From Ginglymostoma cirratum (Eukaryota), in NCBI GenBank assembly GCA_024137785.1, contig JAHRHZ010000141.1, positions 1,025,064-1,089,063 of the forward strand: a stretch of 64,000 bases of DNA. The letters are read 5' to 3'. Under the pieces are notes generated by a model that saw nothing but the letters and a program-made list of their open reading frames with translations, searched no databases and was not told the origin of the DNA. Positions 37,437 to 49,632 of the stretch are shown here, one piece after another. How positions within the stretch are numbered: the stretch's first letter is position 1; each line of letters begins with the position of its first letter. The position numbers and the translations under genes were made by a program.

Positions 37437-38077
37437 TATCATTATTGTCAACAAACACTTATTCCCTCTTCTATTATTAACTAGTTGTCCTCCACAAATA
37501 ATTAATACTATTGTAAAATGCACCTCAAACGCGGGAACGGCGTTGAGGGTGCTGGTTGTAATACTTTTTGAGGATTTCCACTTACCTGACATGTACTACA
37601 TGTCTGGAAAATTTCAATCACATCCATATGCAGTCCATTTTATATATATATCTATACTTTGGCTTGAGTGTTCCTTAGTCGCAAATTACCTCCTTATGGT
37701 AATTCATGTGCTTACCACGGCACCTCCATTCTATAAGTGGTAAACAAACAGACGAAATTCTGATCGTTTCACATCTTCCTGAAGACGTGCTGGTCCCCAT
37801 TTCTTCATCAATAATTTAATTCCTGAAATAGTAACATTCCAGGCTACATTCAGATTCTTCTTCTGTTTATGTTCGTTGATACAACCGTAAGTTATTCAAT
37901 TGTCATTGTAATTCAGATAATTTCTGCCATTATGAATGTCCATTTTACCCTTCATCTTGCTCTAGTTCTTTAGCTTTCCTCAGATATGTGATTAAACTTA
38001 GTCTCTGATAACTGAACTTCGACATCCACACACACGCACATGTGCACATATATATTATATATACGTATACGTGTATG

Positions 38078-38230
38078 NNNNNNNNNNNNNNNNNNNNNNN
38101 NNNNNNNNNNNNNNNNNNNNNNNNNNNNNNNNNNNNNNNNNNNNNNNNNNNNNNNNNNNNNNNNNNNNNNNNNNNNNNNNNNNNNNNNNNNNNNNNNNNN
38201 NNNNNNNNNNNNNNNNNNNNNNNNNNNNNN
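38078..38230. other. Assembly gap (153 N) preceded by a CA/TA microsatellite-like run
   Basis: Run of N; acacacacgcacatgtgcacatatatattatatatacgtatac at 38027-38077. Confidence 0.98.
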
Positions 38231-39603
38231 TTGTGACCTTGTTACCACACAACCAAGAAAAAATGTCTGGAATCGAGAATTTCTCTATTGCTGCGAACAC
38301 CAATTAATTACTTTTCACCAGACTCCCCAACCTCACTTTATAAAATAGAATACTGCTCTTCTGAACTCGAATTCCACTTAAAAACACTTTCCCCGTCAAC
38401 ACAACTTCTGAATTACATGTGTCCTTATCTCCCAACGGATTGAGATGTGCCAAAACACATTTTTTAAACCAACTGGCATACAAGAGTGAAACGTGCCCTC
38501 GCAGGTAAATTCTTCAATAAACGTCTGGTACTTTCGTTTTGACCAAAACCTGATAATGTTGTACATTCTTTTGTAAAGTGTTAGTTTCCACTGTGCTTTC
38601 CTTCGCTGCTTCAACAAATCTCACTGGCTTTTCCTTTTTGTCCACATTCGTTTTCCCAGTGATGTTTTGTTTTCTTTCTAAACCACTTATAATGCGACTT
38701 CATTTGGTTTACTCTATTACATTGAAAATACCTGATTTTTTTTAAAAAAAAATTCTTTCACCCAGGGGTTATTTTTTCCCACTGTGGTGAATGATTTTTT
38801 TCTATATTCAATGAAATCTACTTTACCCATTTCAATTGAGAATTTGTCTTATCCCCTATGCCTACCATATATAAATTCAATTTGATTTCGGAAGTCAAAG
38901 TTTGATATTTGAATCAACTCATAGTTATCTGAACTTTTAATTCGTGTTTGACTATTCAGATCCAAAAACCTGAAATTCAGAAACCTTCTTTTTTACCCTT
39001 GCTCCTGTTTTTAGCTTCCCTTTCTCTTACTTTCTTTTTTGTTTAATGTGAAGGCTATACTTTCCTTCTCCTTTCCATTGCCATTGCTTCTAATTTAAGC
39101 TGCTTCACGACAAAGTTAATTTTAACTGTTTCCAAAGATTCCAGTGACATCGTGACAATCGTAAATGCTGCATAATTGCTACAATTTTCTTCCCTTTCCG
39201 CACACAAACATTGGTAAAAACAACTGAACTTTGTTTCCCAATTCTGAAATTTTTGCCATGCTTCTTTCTGTAAACCTCCCTAATTGAATTCTTGCACTTG
39301 TGTTAATAAATTGAGTGCTTGCGCGCTTGTAAGAATTTGAGATGATGCAATCATTACTCGAAATGCATATTTTGTGTGGAAGTAAGATGTATGTAAGTTA
39401 TGGGACAGTGTAAAACATCTGTAGATTTAATTGAATGTTGGACAATGTGACGTTTCCCGTTTGTTAAATCAGCAGAGCATTCTTTAAGTGGAAAAAAAAA
39501 ACTAAAAGGAAATGAATTCGAGCTGCAGACTGGAATGCATGTTTTTAATCAGACATCTATGCATTCCATTGCATGTATCCTCGATTAATTGCCATGTAAT
39601 TTT

Positions 39604-40168
39604 TTGATAGGGTTGTCAAGAAGGCGTGCGTTGTGTTTGGTTTTATTGGTAGAGGGATTGAGTTTCAGAGCCGTGAGGTCATGTTGCAGCTGTACAAAAG
39701 TCTGGTATGGCCGCACTTGGAGTATTGCGTGCAGTTCTGGTCACCACATCACAAGAAGGATGTGGAAACGTTGGAAACGGTGCAGAGGAGATTTACCAGG
39801 ATGTTGCCTGGTATGGAGGGATGGTCTTATGAGGAAAGGCTGAGGGACTGAAGGCTGTTTTCGTTAGAGAGAAGAAGGTTAATGGGTGACTTAATAGAGG
39901 CATACAAGATGATCAGTGGATTAGATAGGGTGGACAGTGAGCGCCTTTTTCCTCCGATGGTGATGGCTAGCACGAGGGGACATAGGTTTAAATTGAGGGG
40001 TGATAGATTTAGGACAGATGTCAGAGGTAGATTCTTTACTCAGAGAGTAGTCAGGGCATGGAATGCCTCGCCTGCAGCAGTTGGAGACTCGCCAAATTTA
40101 AGGGCATTTAATTGGTCGTTGTATAAACATATGGATGATAATGGAATAGTGTAGGTTAGATGGGCATC
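39604..40168 (+). mobile_element. CR1 LINE 3' ORF2 fragment (same family as 26378-29102)
   Basis: GFIGRGIEFQSREVMLQLYKSLVWPHLEYCVQFWSP, RGHRFKLRGDRFRTDVRGRFFTQRVV; 3'UTR cut short at ~40168. Confidence 0.92.
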
Positions 40169-41314
40169 AGATTGGTTCCCACCCACAGTGGTCGAGAACG
40201 CGCTCGAACGTGTCTCCCGCATTTTCCGTAACACACCCCTCACGCCCCTTCCCTGCAATAATAACCAAAAAAGAATCCCCCTCATCCTCACGTACCAGTC
40301 CACCAACCTCCGGATCCAACGCATCATCCTCCGACACTTCCGCCATCTGCAATCAGACCCCACCATCAAAGACATTTTTCCCTCCCCACCCTTATCTGCC
40401 TTCTGGAGGGACCACTCCCTCCGCAACTCCCTTGTCCGCTCCACACTCCCCTACAGCCCCACCACACCCGGCACTTTTCCTTGCAACCGCAGGAAGTGCT
40501 ACACCTTCCCGCACACCTCATCTCTCATCCCAATCCCAGGCCCCAAGAAGACTTTCCACATCAGGCAGATGTTCATCTGCACATCTGCCAATGTGGTAAA
40601 ATGCATCCGCTGTACCCCTTGTGGCCTCCTCTACATCGGGGAAACCAAGCGGAGGCTTGGGGATCGCTTTGCAGAACACCTGCGCTCAGTTTGTAACAAA
40701 CAACTGCACCTCCCAGTCGCGAAACATTTCAATTCCCCCTCCCATTCCTCAGACGACATGTCCATCCTGGGCCTCCTGCAATGCCACAGTGATGCCACCC
40801 GAAGGCTGCAGAAACAGCAAATCATATTCAGGCTGGGAACCCTGCAGCCCAATGGTATCAATGTGGGTTTCACAAGCTTCAAAATCTCCCCTCCCCCAAC
40901 CGCATCCCAAAACCAGCCCAGCTCATCTCCACTTCCCTAACCTGTTTTTCCTCTCACCTATACCCTCCTCCCATCACAAGCTCCACCCCAATTTCCTATC
41001 TACTAACCTCATCCCGCCCCCTTGGCCTGTCCGTCCTCCCTGGATTGACCTATCTCCTCCCTACCCGTCACCTACACTCACCTTTCCTGGCTCCATCCCC
41101 GCCTCTTCGATTTGTCTGCCTCCTCTCCACGTATCCTCTCCTCTATCCAACCTCTATCCGCCTCCTTCTCTCTCCCTATTTATTTCAGTACCCTCTTCCC
41201 CTCCCCCATTTCTGATGAAGGGTCTAGTCCCGAAACGTCAAGTTTTCTTGCTCCTGTGATGCTGCTTGGCCTGCTGTGTTCATCCAGCCCCACGCCATGT
41301 TATCTCGGGTTCTC
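40169..41314 (+). mobile_element. Penelope-like element, 3' part with GIY-YIG endonuclease
   Basis: ORF 40188-40940: RIPLILTY, CNRRKCYT, SANVVKCIRCTPCGLLYIGETKRRLGDRFAEH, LGTLQPNGIN; C-rich tail with hammerhead motif. Confidence 0.92.
41208..41243 (+). ncRNA. Minimal type I hammerhead ribozyme motif
   Basis: attt-CTGATGA(41212)-a-GGG-tctagt-CCC-GAAAC-GTC(41237-41239)-aagt; attt/aagt can form stem I. Confidence 0.65.
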
Positions 41315-42487
41315 TTATATTGATGGGTTGTATAAATTTACTATTTTTTAAGCAAAGAACTTGGAAGAGTGAAAGGTGAGTTGATTGAGTTTATAAACAA
41401 TCCTGATGGCCTTTGTGAGATGGATCTGGAAACATCGTTTCCTTTTCCGACTCAGTTGAATGAGATGAGAACTATTAAAAAAATATAGTTTTTCCATCAT
41501 TTTCGGATTGAGATAAATTGTTTCTTTTGTTTCTGCCGATTATTAAGTAAATTTTGAACGCTCTACGATCAGGACCGAGGAACAAGAAATGTTTAATTTG
41601 TTTTTAATGTGGAAATAGAGAAAACATGCTATATAATGATATCAAAGATTTTCAATTCCCATGTAATGGTGGAATTCTGATCATATTTTTGTGCAATGCG
41701 TGTATGGTGATGCTCATCATGTTGAAAATAATATTACCCTTTTGAATTTGTATGCTAGTTATAGAAAGTAAAATCACATATTTCAAAAATAGGATGTATA
41801 AAGTTGTCAATGAGAAATAAAACCTAAGGAATTGGTGCACGATACAATTCCACACTGCAGCAGCTAAAGAAGAGGAGTTCGATTGGTTCAGGTCAGGAAA
41901 GCAATTTCAGGGGAAATACAAAGTTAATAATCGTAGTTAATAATAATAGATAAGTAGATAAAAATAAGAAAAGAAGCAATCACTTTATGTTTGTCTTCAT
42001 TGAGAAAATTCCTAGTTTCAGACACTTCCATAAATGTTGTTGAACTGTCAGAGAAGAGGGAAAACAAATCTTGATCAAATCTGGGGAAAGATTAATTATA
42101 GTGGCCAACAATGATGATATAACTATAGCTTCAAAATGCTCCTGAGTTGTGATCGACATCACAAATTGGTCAAAGAAAATTCGTCTGTAACTTGTAAAAG
42201 GTAATAGTAACAGAACTATCTTTATCACGACGTCATCGAAAATGTGATACCTCTGAGCTGTTCACCTCTGAGCTTAAAGTGAGATGTTTGCAAAATACTG
42301 CCATCTGTTCCAAATGTTGTCATATCGAGATAAATACAAAATAACGATCAGATTAGGCTTCAAGTAATAACATTGATTTATGAGAAAGAAATCATAAGCG
42401 AGAAATGTGATTGCTGTCTTTTGCAATGTGGAAATTTTGAAGAAGCCGTCAATTTATGGTACCTTGGTTACGTACAATAGACACTGT

Positions 42488-42575
42488 TCAGAGGAATGGT
42501 CACTGGGCTGAAAGAGTTAACTTTGCTCTCGCAACAGATATGCTGTCAGACTCGCTGGATTCCCCATTGTTATTA
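42488..42575 (+). mobile_element. Highly degenerate PLE-tail-derived short repeat
   Basis: cagaggaatggtcactgggctgaaagagttaac...atgctgtcagactcgctgg. Confidence 0.35.
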
Positions 42576-43077
42576 TTTTAGTATTTTCACCATGTAATTG
42601 CAACAAGAGTAGGTTTTTTCAAAAAGGAAAATCAAAATCGAAAAGACCATTCTGTAAAGGCAGCTTGTGTTCTGTGACTACCAATGCAGAATAATAGATA
42701 CAGCTTGGGCACCAAGAGTTCCCCCCAAAAAAGAGTATCAGTGACGTGTATGTTCGAACCCAATGTGATATTTGCATGTTTGACGACGATTCAAAAAAAA
42801 AGAGTCATGTGTGTGAATGACACGCAGATATTTTAAAGTGGACTTTAAATGCAAAGTAGATGAGTAAAGATACAACAAAAAAAGAAGGTGAAAATTTCAG
42901 ATATCCACACTGAACGGTGAGAAATTCATAAGTGCTGTTACGTGAATAAATTTTGAGACTCATCATCACTGGGTCCTTGGAAACGGATGTCTAGGTTTTT
43001 TAACTCCAAAAATTACAGAACTCTTTCAGTGCAGTGTCGTCATTTTGTATTTTTGGGAGAGAGGAACAGAGGATCAC

Positions 43078-45880
43078 GGAGATAGCAAGAACTGCAGATG
43101 TTGGAGTCAGAGTCAGTGCGCTGTGGAACAGAAAAGACACAGAGAGTCAGACAGCATGAGAGGAGATGGAAAGTTGACACTTCGGGTCAGGACCCTTCAG
43201 CCAGACTTGAGAAGGAGAAGGAAGCTGGGAAATAAATAGAGAGAGCAGTGTTTGAGCTGGGAGAAGGTACGTGGGATGGTAATAGTTTGATGCTGATCGA
43301 GGGTAGTGGAGATTGTTCAGTTGTAATTGTGGGGTGGATAGGTTGGAAAGAAGATGGACATGTTGTGTCAGATCAAGTAGGCAGGGATGAGAGCAAGGGT
43401 TTGGACATGGGATTAGACCCGACTGGGGAGATTTTGAAACTGGTGAAATCTACACCAAGGCCTCCGATCTAAAGTCTCCCGAGGTGGAATATAACGTGTT
43501 GTTCCTCCAGTTTAGGTGTGGCGTTATTGTGACACTGGAGGAGGCCCGGGATGGGCATGTTACTAAGGGAGAGAGAGTGGGAGTAAAATCAGTGAGAAAC
43601 CGGAAGCAGTTGTTGATTACAGAGTACAAAGTGACAATGTTCCGTGAAACAGTCACCAAGTCTCCACTTGGTCTCAATGATGTAGAGGATACTACATTGG
43701 GGGCAAAAGATTGAGTTGACCATTCTGGAGGATATACAGGTGGACCCCTTTCAGATTTGGAAAGTTTGCCTTGGAGCTTGGATGGAGGTGAGCGGGAAGG
43801 TTTCAGGGCAGCTGAAGCATGTCCTGTGGTTCCAGGGAAAGAAGATGAGTGTGGTGGGTTTGGTGGGGAACATAGCGAGGGCGAGGTAGTTGTGCTGTGA
43901 GTGGACTATACGAAAGAATGATAGGGGTGAGGAGGGAAATATCTCTTTGTTAGTGTGGTCAGTTTGCATTTGGTGGAAGTGGCAGAGGATGATACATTGG
44001 ATGTAGAGGTTGGTAGGGTGGCATGTGAGCATGAGGCGGATACAGTCCTTATCTTTTTTTCAGGTAGTGTGGGAAATGCAAGAGATATGATGGAGGGAAT
44101 TGTGGATCAACGGATGCTGGAAGTTGCTTTATTTTAATAAGTAGGACATCCGGGATGTGCGGGAGTGAAATGCTCTATCTTGTGAGCAGATGTGATGGAG
44201 GCGGCGGAATTGGGAAAAAAGAATTGAATTCTTGCAGGAGGTGGGCAAGAGGAGATGTAGTTAAGGTATATATAAGGGGTCAGTGGATTTGGAATACATG
44301 TCGCTGCTGTGACGGTTCAGGTAGGGCAAGCAGGTGTCAGAGATGGTTTAGGTGAATTTAAGTTTGACGTGAAAGATGCAGTAAGGTTCACGAAATCTGA
44401 AAGCTCCTCCTGGGAGCAGAAGGCAGCGCCTATACAGTCATCAGTGAAGCGGAGGAGGAGGTGAGGGATGCTTCCAGTGAAACGTCACAACAGGGAATAT
44501 TCCACATATTCTACGAAAAGACAGGTACAGCTCCGAGCCATACGGGTGCCCAAAGCCATCCCTTTAGTTTGTGGGAAGTGGGCGGAGTTAAAAGAAAAGT
44601 TGTTGAGGTTATGGGCAAGTTCTGTTAAGCGGGTGAGGGTGTGGTGTGGAAACGATTGGTTGGGCCTACGAGGGATGCAGAAGCGGAAGACTTTTAGGCC
44701 ACCAGCGTTGGTGATACAAGTGTACAAGGATTGAATGGTCTCGGTTAAGATGAGGTGTCGGGTTCTGAATTGAGAGTGTTGGATGTGCTGGAGGATGTGG
44801 ATAGTGTTCTGAATTTACATAGGGAGTTCCTGGGACATATGGGAAAAGACAGAGTTGACGTACGTAGAGATGAGTTCAGTAGGGCAGGAGCTGGCAGAGG
44901 CAAACGGTCAGGTTTGTGGAGTTTGTGAAGGAGATAGAAATTGGTGGTGCAGAGTTGGGGAATGACGAGGCTGGAGCCTCTGAGTGGGACGTCTGTTGAG
45001 GTGATAAGTTCAGTGATTGCCTGGTAGATGATGGTTTGGTGATCAGGGTGACGTCATGTCAAGGGACCGGTAAGGAGAGGTGTCAGAGTGCTAGTACCTG
45101 ATATCCGCGATGTAGAGGCCAGTACTCCATACCACTACCACGCCACCCTTAGCAGCGGGTTTGATGGGGAAGTTGGGGTTGGACTGGAGGGAGCGGAGGG
45201 CTGTATGTTCCATTGGAGAGAAGTGGGATTGAGTGAAATTTGTGGAGAAATTGACGTAATTGATGTCGAAACAGCAGCTGGAGATGACAAAGTTGAGGGA
45301 GGGTAGAAGGCCTGGGGGTGGTGTCCAGCAGGTTGGGGTTTGCTGGAGGTGGGAGAATGAGTCTGCAAAGGGTACATTTACACCCTGTTTAAGAAATAGG
45401 CACGGAACAGGGACCGGGAAAAAAATACAACATTCGGACATATCCGGATATTTTTGCTATGTGGTCACAGGTGAATGAATGTGCGTCCTTTGCTGAGGAC
45501 TGACTGCTCCTATTCAGTCAGGGGCAGTTCTCGTCGGATCATGAATACCAGGCAGGGCATGGGCTTGGGGCAAAATGTGCAGCTGAAGTTTGGAGTGGGG
45601 GTGCAGACTTTCTGGGAGTGGGTGTGTGTTAGGGAATGGTCACGTGGAGGGATGCTGAAGTAGGGATGTGGTCAGCAGTGTTAATGGAAGTGACATCGTC
45701 AGCATCAGCAGCAGAAGCGGCATTGTTGGTTGTGAAAGCGGACTTGTCAGCAGCGTTGGTGGAAGCTACATTGTCGAAGTCCACTGTGGAAGTGATGTTG
45801 TCGAATTTGGTGGTGGAACTGATGTGTGTTCTTTTTGAACGTGATCTCTTGGAGGGTTGTTTTTTGCAGATACCAACCAT
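43078..45880 (-). mobile_element. Older Penelope-like element spanning most of its ORF (RT to GIY-YIG region) plus tail
   Basis: IKPAAKGGVVVVW, LNNFSFNSAHFPQTKGMALGTRMARSCTCLFV (PLE RT), HPTNLYIQCIILCHF parallel to 40300-40350; tail with a decayed hammerhead at 43171-43204. Confidence 0.85.
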
Positions 45881-47478
45881 CTGTGACACGAAACTTACTC
45901 TCTTAATTTCAGTCGAAATCACTCGATATCTCACGCATTTATTCCACTAGTTGTTACAGAATTATATTCCTGTTTCTCTTTTTCTGTCCCCCTCCTTCCC
46001 TTTTGAAGTTAATAATCCTTAGTTTCCTCGGAACTGCTCTTTCATAGAAACATCTATGTACATGCAAATCAGCTACGTTATTAGGAAACAAGCTAATCCA
46101 TTAAGTAACTCTTAATTCTCGCTGTAAACCACACTGTGTGCTCAGCTGCTTGATATAATCATCTGCTACGTAGTGACCTGTCTCTCTCCTCGGCTACATT
46201 CATTGCAGTTACTCGGAAGTGCTTTTTTATTCTTTCTTTTAAACCAGAATACACTTTATCAAAGTACTAGTCGCTTTGGGTCTGCAGAAATTAACAGATT
46301 TGAGACTATGATCTGTTATAAATCTGACTGTATCATTGAGCTTTACATTCCACAGGATAAGCCCTTTAGGACTATGCCGATACAAGAAGCATGCAAACTG
46401 AAACAATTAACACATATCCCTGAAACAGCATGCATTTCCAACCGCAAACACAAAGTTTCAGTCCTGTGAACTAGAGAGCTACATGTATGGGTTAAAAATG
46501 GCTTGTAGACCTTTGACGTTGTATAAAACGGTACTTCTCTTTAATACTCATGTTGATAAGACAATGTAAAAGTCTGAATCGACAAACGTTGGTGTTATTT
46601 CAACTTTTGGGTTTATGTCTTCAGCCATGACTGGGGAGAATAGATTTAAGAATGAAATGTGTTCCTTGATTCAGAGATTTTATTGACTCAGTCCCAAAGC
46701 AACTGTGGTTAATACATGGATTCCATTACCAACTTTTGAAATCTGTCATTGTAAATTGCCACCTAAAAAAAGTGAGAAATATGTTTCTGGCTCCTGGATG
46801 TTTTAATATTTTGTGCCTCTTGGAGTATGGGACATAGCGACCTGCATGCAACCTGATATGCCAAAAAGTCAAATTCTGTGCATGGAAGAAAAGATTCCAT
46901 GCTTCTAACGACTTTGGATACCTTACTTCATTTTGGTCAGAGCAGTACTATATAACAATGTACGCTTAAGTTTCCTGCAGAGGTGCAGAGGAATGTATTC
47001 ATTATTTTGCCTTCCTGACCATTCATTTCCAAATTAAGACCTGAAGGATACAATGAAACAGAATTAAAGATTTCCTTTCATATACTTGACTTAAAATCAA
47101 AATGTTGTTATAGTTGTCCTGAAGACGTTTTCCTCATTTTTGGTGGATTGGTCATAGAGTTTTATGACACGTAATGCAAAAATTCAACATATAAGTACAA
47201 AGGAAAGAAATGCACCAGGAATGCCATTTCTCCCTCGTAAAAAAAAAAAATCTATTTAATAGGTGAGTTGAAGATAATGGAAGATCATAGTCTATTGAAG
47301 TAAATCTAGGTGTGTTTGTGACTGATGTAGGAGCATGTTGAATTCTTAACGTAACGTATTCACATAAATTTTCATATTTTAAAAAGCCTACTCATCAAAA
47401 TGCTCTCAAGGGCAACTCAGGATGTGCAAAACATATGGGTACATTAGTAATGCCCACATGAAAGAAATAATAAAAGTG

Positions 47479-47531
<53 letters not shown>
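47479..47531. repeat. (AAT)n microsatellite, about 17 units
   Basis: Uninterrupted aataataat run. Confidence 0.97.
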
Positions 47532-49477
47532 CAGAATTAGAATCAGAAGCAAAATAATAATGTCAGAACAATAAAAATGCTCAGATATAAAACCACGAAC
47601 AGATTTAGCTGCATCTGAAACGTGGAGCTTTCGGAACAAGATTCTCTGCTTTCTCCTTGAAATGGTTTTATGTATTTTTTCATGACATATTGGATACTTT
47701 GAGCGAATAACTTATTCAAACAGGTCGAGGCAGTGATGCTATGTAACCAGGTTAGGTGAAGGAAAAAACTGCGGTAGAAATTCAGCCGGTCTGCAAGCAT
47801 TTGTAAACAGAAAACAGAGTTAAATTTTAGTATCCAGTGTCCCTTATTCAGATACATTTGAATTAAATTAGGTGCCAGTCGATTTAACTGACTTGTCTCA
47901 ATTTCTGAACTTCAAAATTATAATTCAGCTTATCTAGTATGGTGATCTACTTAATCGAGTTTTGGAACAGATTGCCATTTCCCCATTTTTCAAAATACGA
48001 GTTTGGAATGCTGAATCAAGTGACATCCACAGTTCGACGGGTTCTTCTTCATTTTTACAAGGTAATGAATATACAACGAACTTTGCAAAACAGAATACAT
48101 TCATAGTCAATGATAGTGCTATACAATTTCTGAGAAAAAAATCAAAAACAAAGTTGTGCAGGACGCACAGTGTGAAGTTGTTTATTAATCATCCTCTGCT
48201 TATGCAGTTCTTTGTGAACTGAATTCCCCTTTTGTCTACACGGATCTGCTTGTTCGCAATGTGCACCCTCTTCATATAAACATGCTTACCCTTTTGACAT
48301 ATTAGAGAACTGGTTGTTCCCGTTGACTGCCTCAAGACTACAGAAACTTTACTTTTCACGATGACATAAATCCCACTCCCTCTATAAACTCGTACATGAG
48401 ATTTATTCTGATCCCCCTGGCCCTGACTGAGACTAAAAAAAAAAAAAAATCATGGCTGTACTATCGTCTATCTATTTACATTCTCATTACAGTGTCGAAT
48501 TCTGTAGGCCTCTGATCCAAAATTTTGTTATTTAATATTAAGGCCAAGTTAAAGCAGACAGCCAAATTATTGTCACTTCCTACCGTCTTGCTCTTTGGTA
48601 AGATCTGTGAGGAAACAAACATTTTTTTTAAAAATAATGTCCGATATCATCTTCTTTTCCAATTGACTACACACAGCCTCAAATTACAGAAAAGCTAATA
48701 AATTGATTAAGAATATGATGCTCAGATGTTTAAAAAGGGAGACATGAGCACTCGCTCAGAATACGATTTTCAAATTGATTCTTGGTTTCAGTCTAAACAG
48801 ATTAATACCATTTGGGTTAGCTAACAGAAGACAGCTGCTTGCAATGAATGACTCAGAGATTTTTTTTTTTATTTAACCAAAAGTATAAATATTCTTCCAA
48901 TTTACCTGAATGAGAATGAGCTATCAGAAACGATGACAAATGTATCAACCACAGCACGTTTATGCAGACTATTCCTAAATTTGAGTGAAAAGACAGACAG
49001 TCTGGAAAATAAAAAAGGCTATGACACACGCCGTTCTGTGCACCTGAGAGCATATATCCCCAGGTCTGTAGCCCGAGAGAATGCCATATTAAAAGTCTGT
49101 TGGAGAATTTTGAGAGGCTATTATGTTGCTTAGGGGAATATATAGAAGTGCTTTCTCTTTGAAAAACATTGATGGGGGAAATAAAAGCAATACACGATTC
49201 AAAAGTGCACAAACGTCTAACACACAAAGTAAGACATACAACCACAAAACATAATAACTACTGAAATCCAAGTGCGACTGCAAGCACTCTGTGATTTCTA
49301 ACTAGGGATAGCCAGTCGAAGGTTTAGCTAAACAGCTGAACCCAAAAAATGAAATCTAGACTGAGACAGGCCGCGGCAGAGACCAATACAATGTAATTAA
49401 ATTGAATGTGATGCAAATATTAACATTTTAAAAAATCTGAATCTGTGAGTATGTGGAACAAGTTAAAGGATTGTCCT

Positions 49478-49632
49478 NNNNNNNNNNNNNNNNNNNNNNN
49501 NNNNNNNNNNNNNNNNNNNNNNNNNNNNNNNNNNNNNNNNNNNNNNNNNNNNNNNNNNNNNNNNNNNNNNNNNNNNNNNNNNNNNNNNNNNNNNNNNNNN
49601 NNNNNNNNNNNNNNNNNNNNNNNNNNNNNNNN
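49478..49632. other. Assembly gap (155 N)
   Basis: Run of N. Confidence 0.98.

Larger units (their letters stand above)
34720..39300 (-). mobile_element. Ancient Ty3/gypsy LTR retrotransposon relic with INT-RT-RH order (Gmr1-like), interrupted by a CR1 and an N gap
   Basis: Minus strand in order: IN (PAFEVHFTIVLIICGGQL ~37500; EILSDQGS ~36720; NPFELVFGHEVR ~36480; GDKLLV..LKTRLSEPNQIE ~36230), RT (DGTQQFCVKYREANAITK ~35700; ILGHVIGHGQV ~35330), RH (FDSLKSVL ~35150; YTIEKETVNLVLALQYF ~34940; ENLIVKTLT ~34740); upstream boundary uncertain. Confidence 0.8.

Noticed and set aside
37970-38348. ORFs spanning N runs (also 49420-49761)
   Set aside because: Artefacts of assembly gaps.
47406-47639. 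Poly-Ile membrane-protein-like ORF
   Set aside because: It is the translation of the (AAT)n microsatellite.
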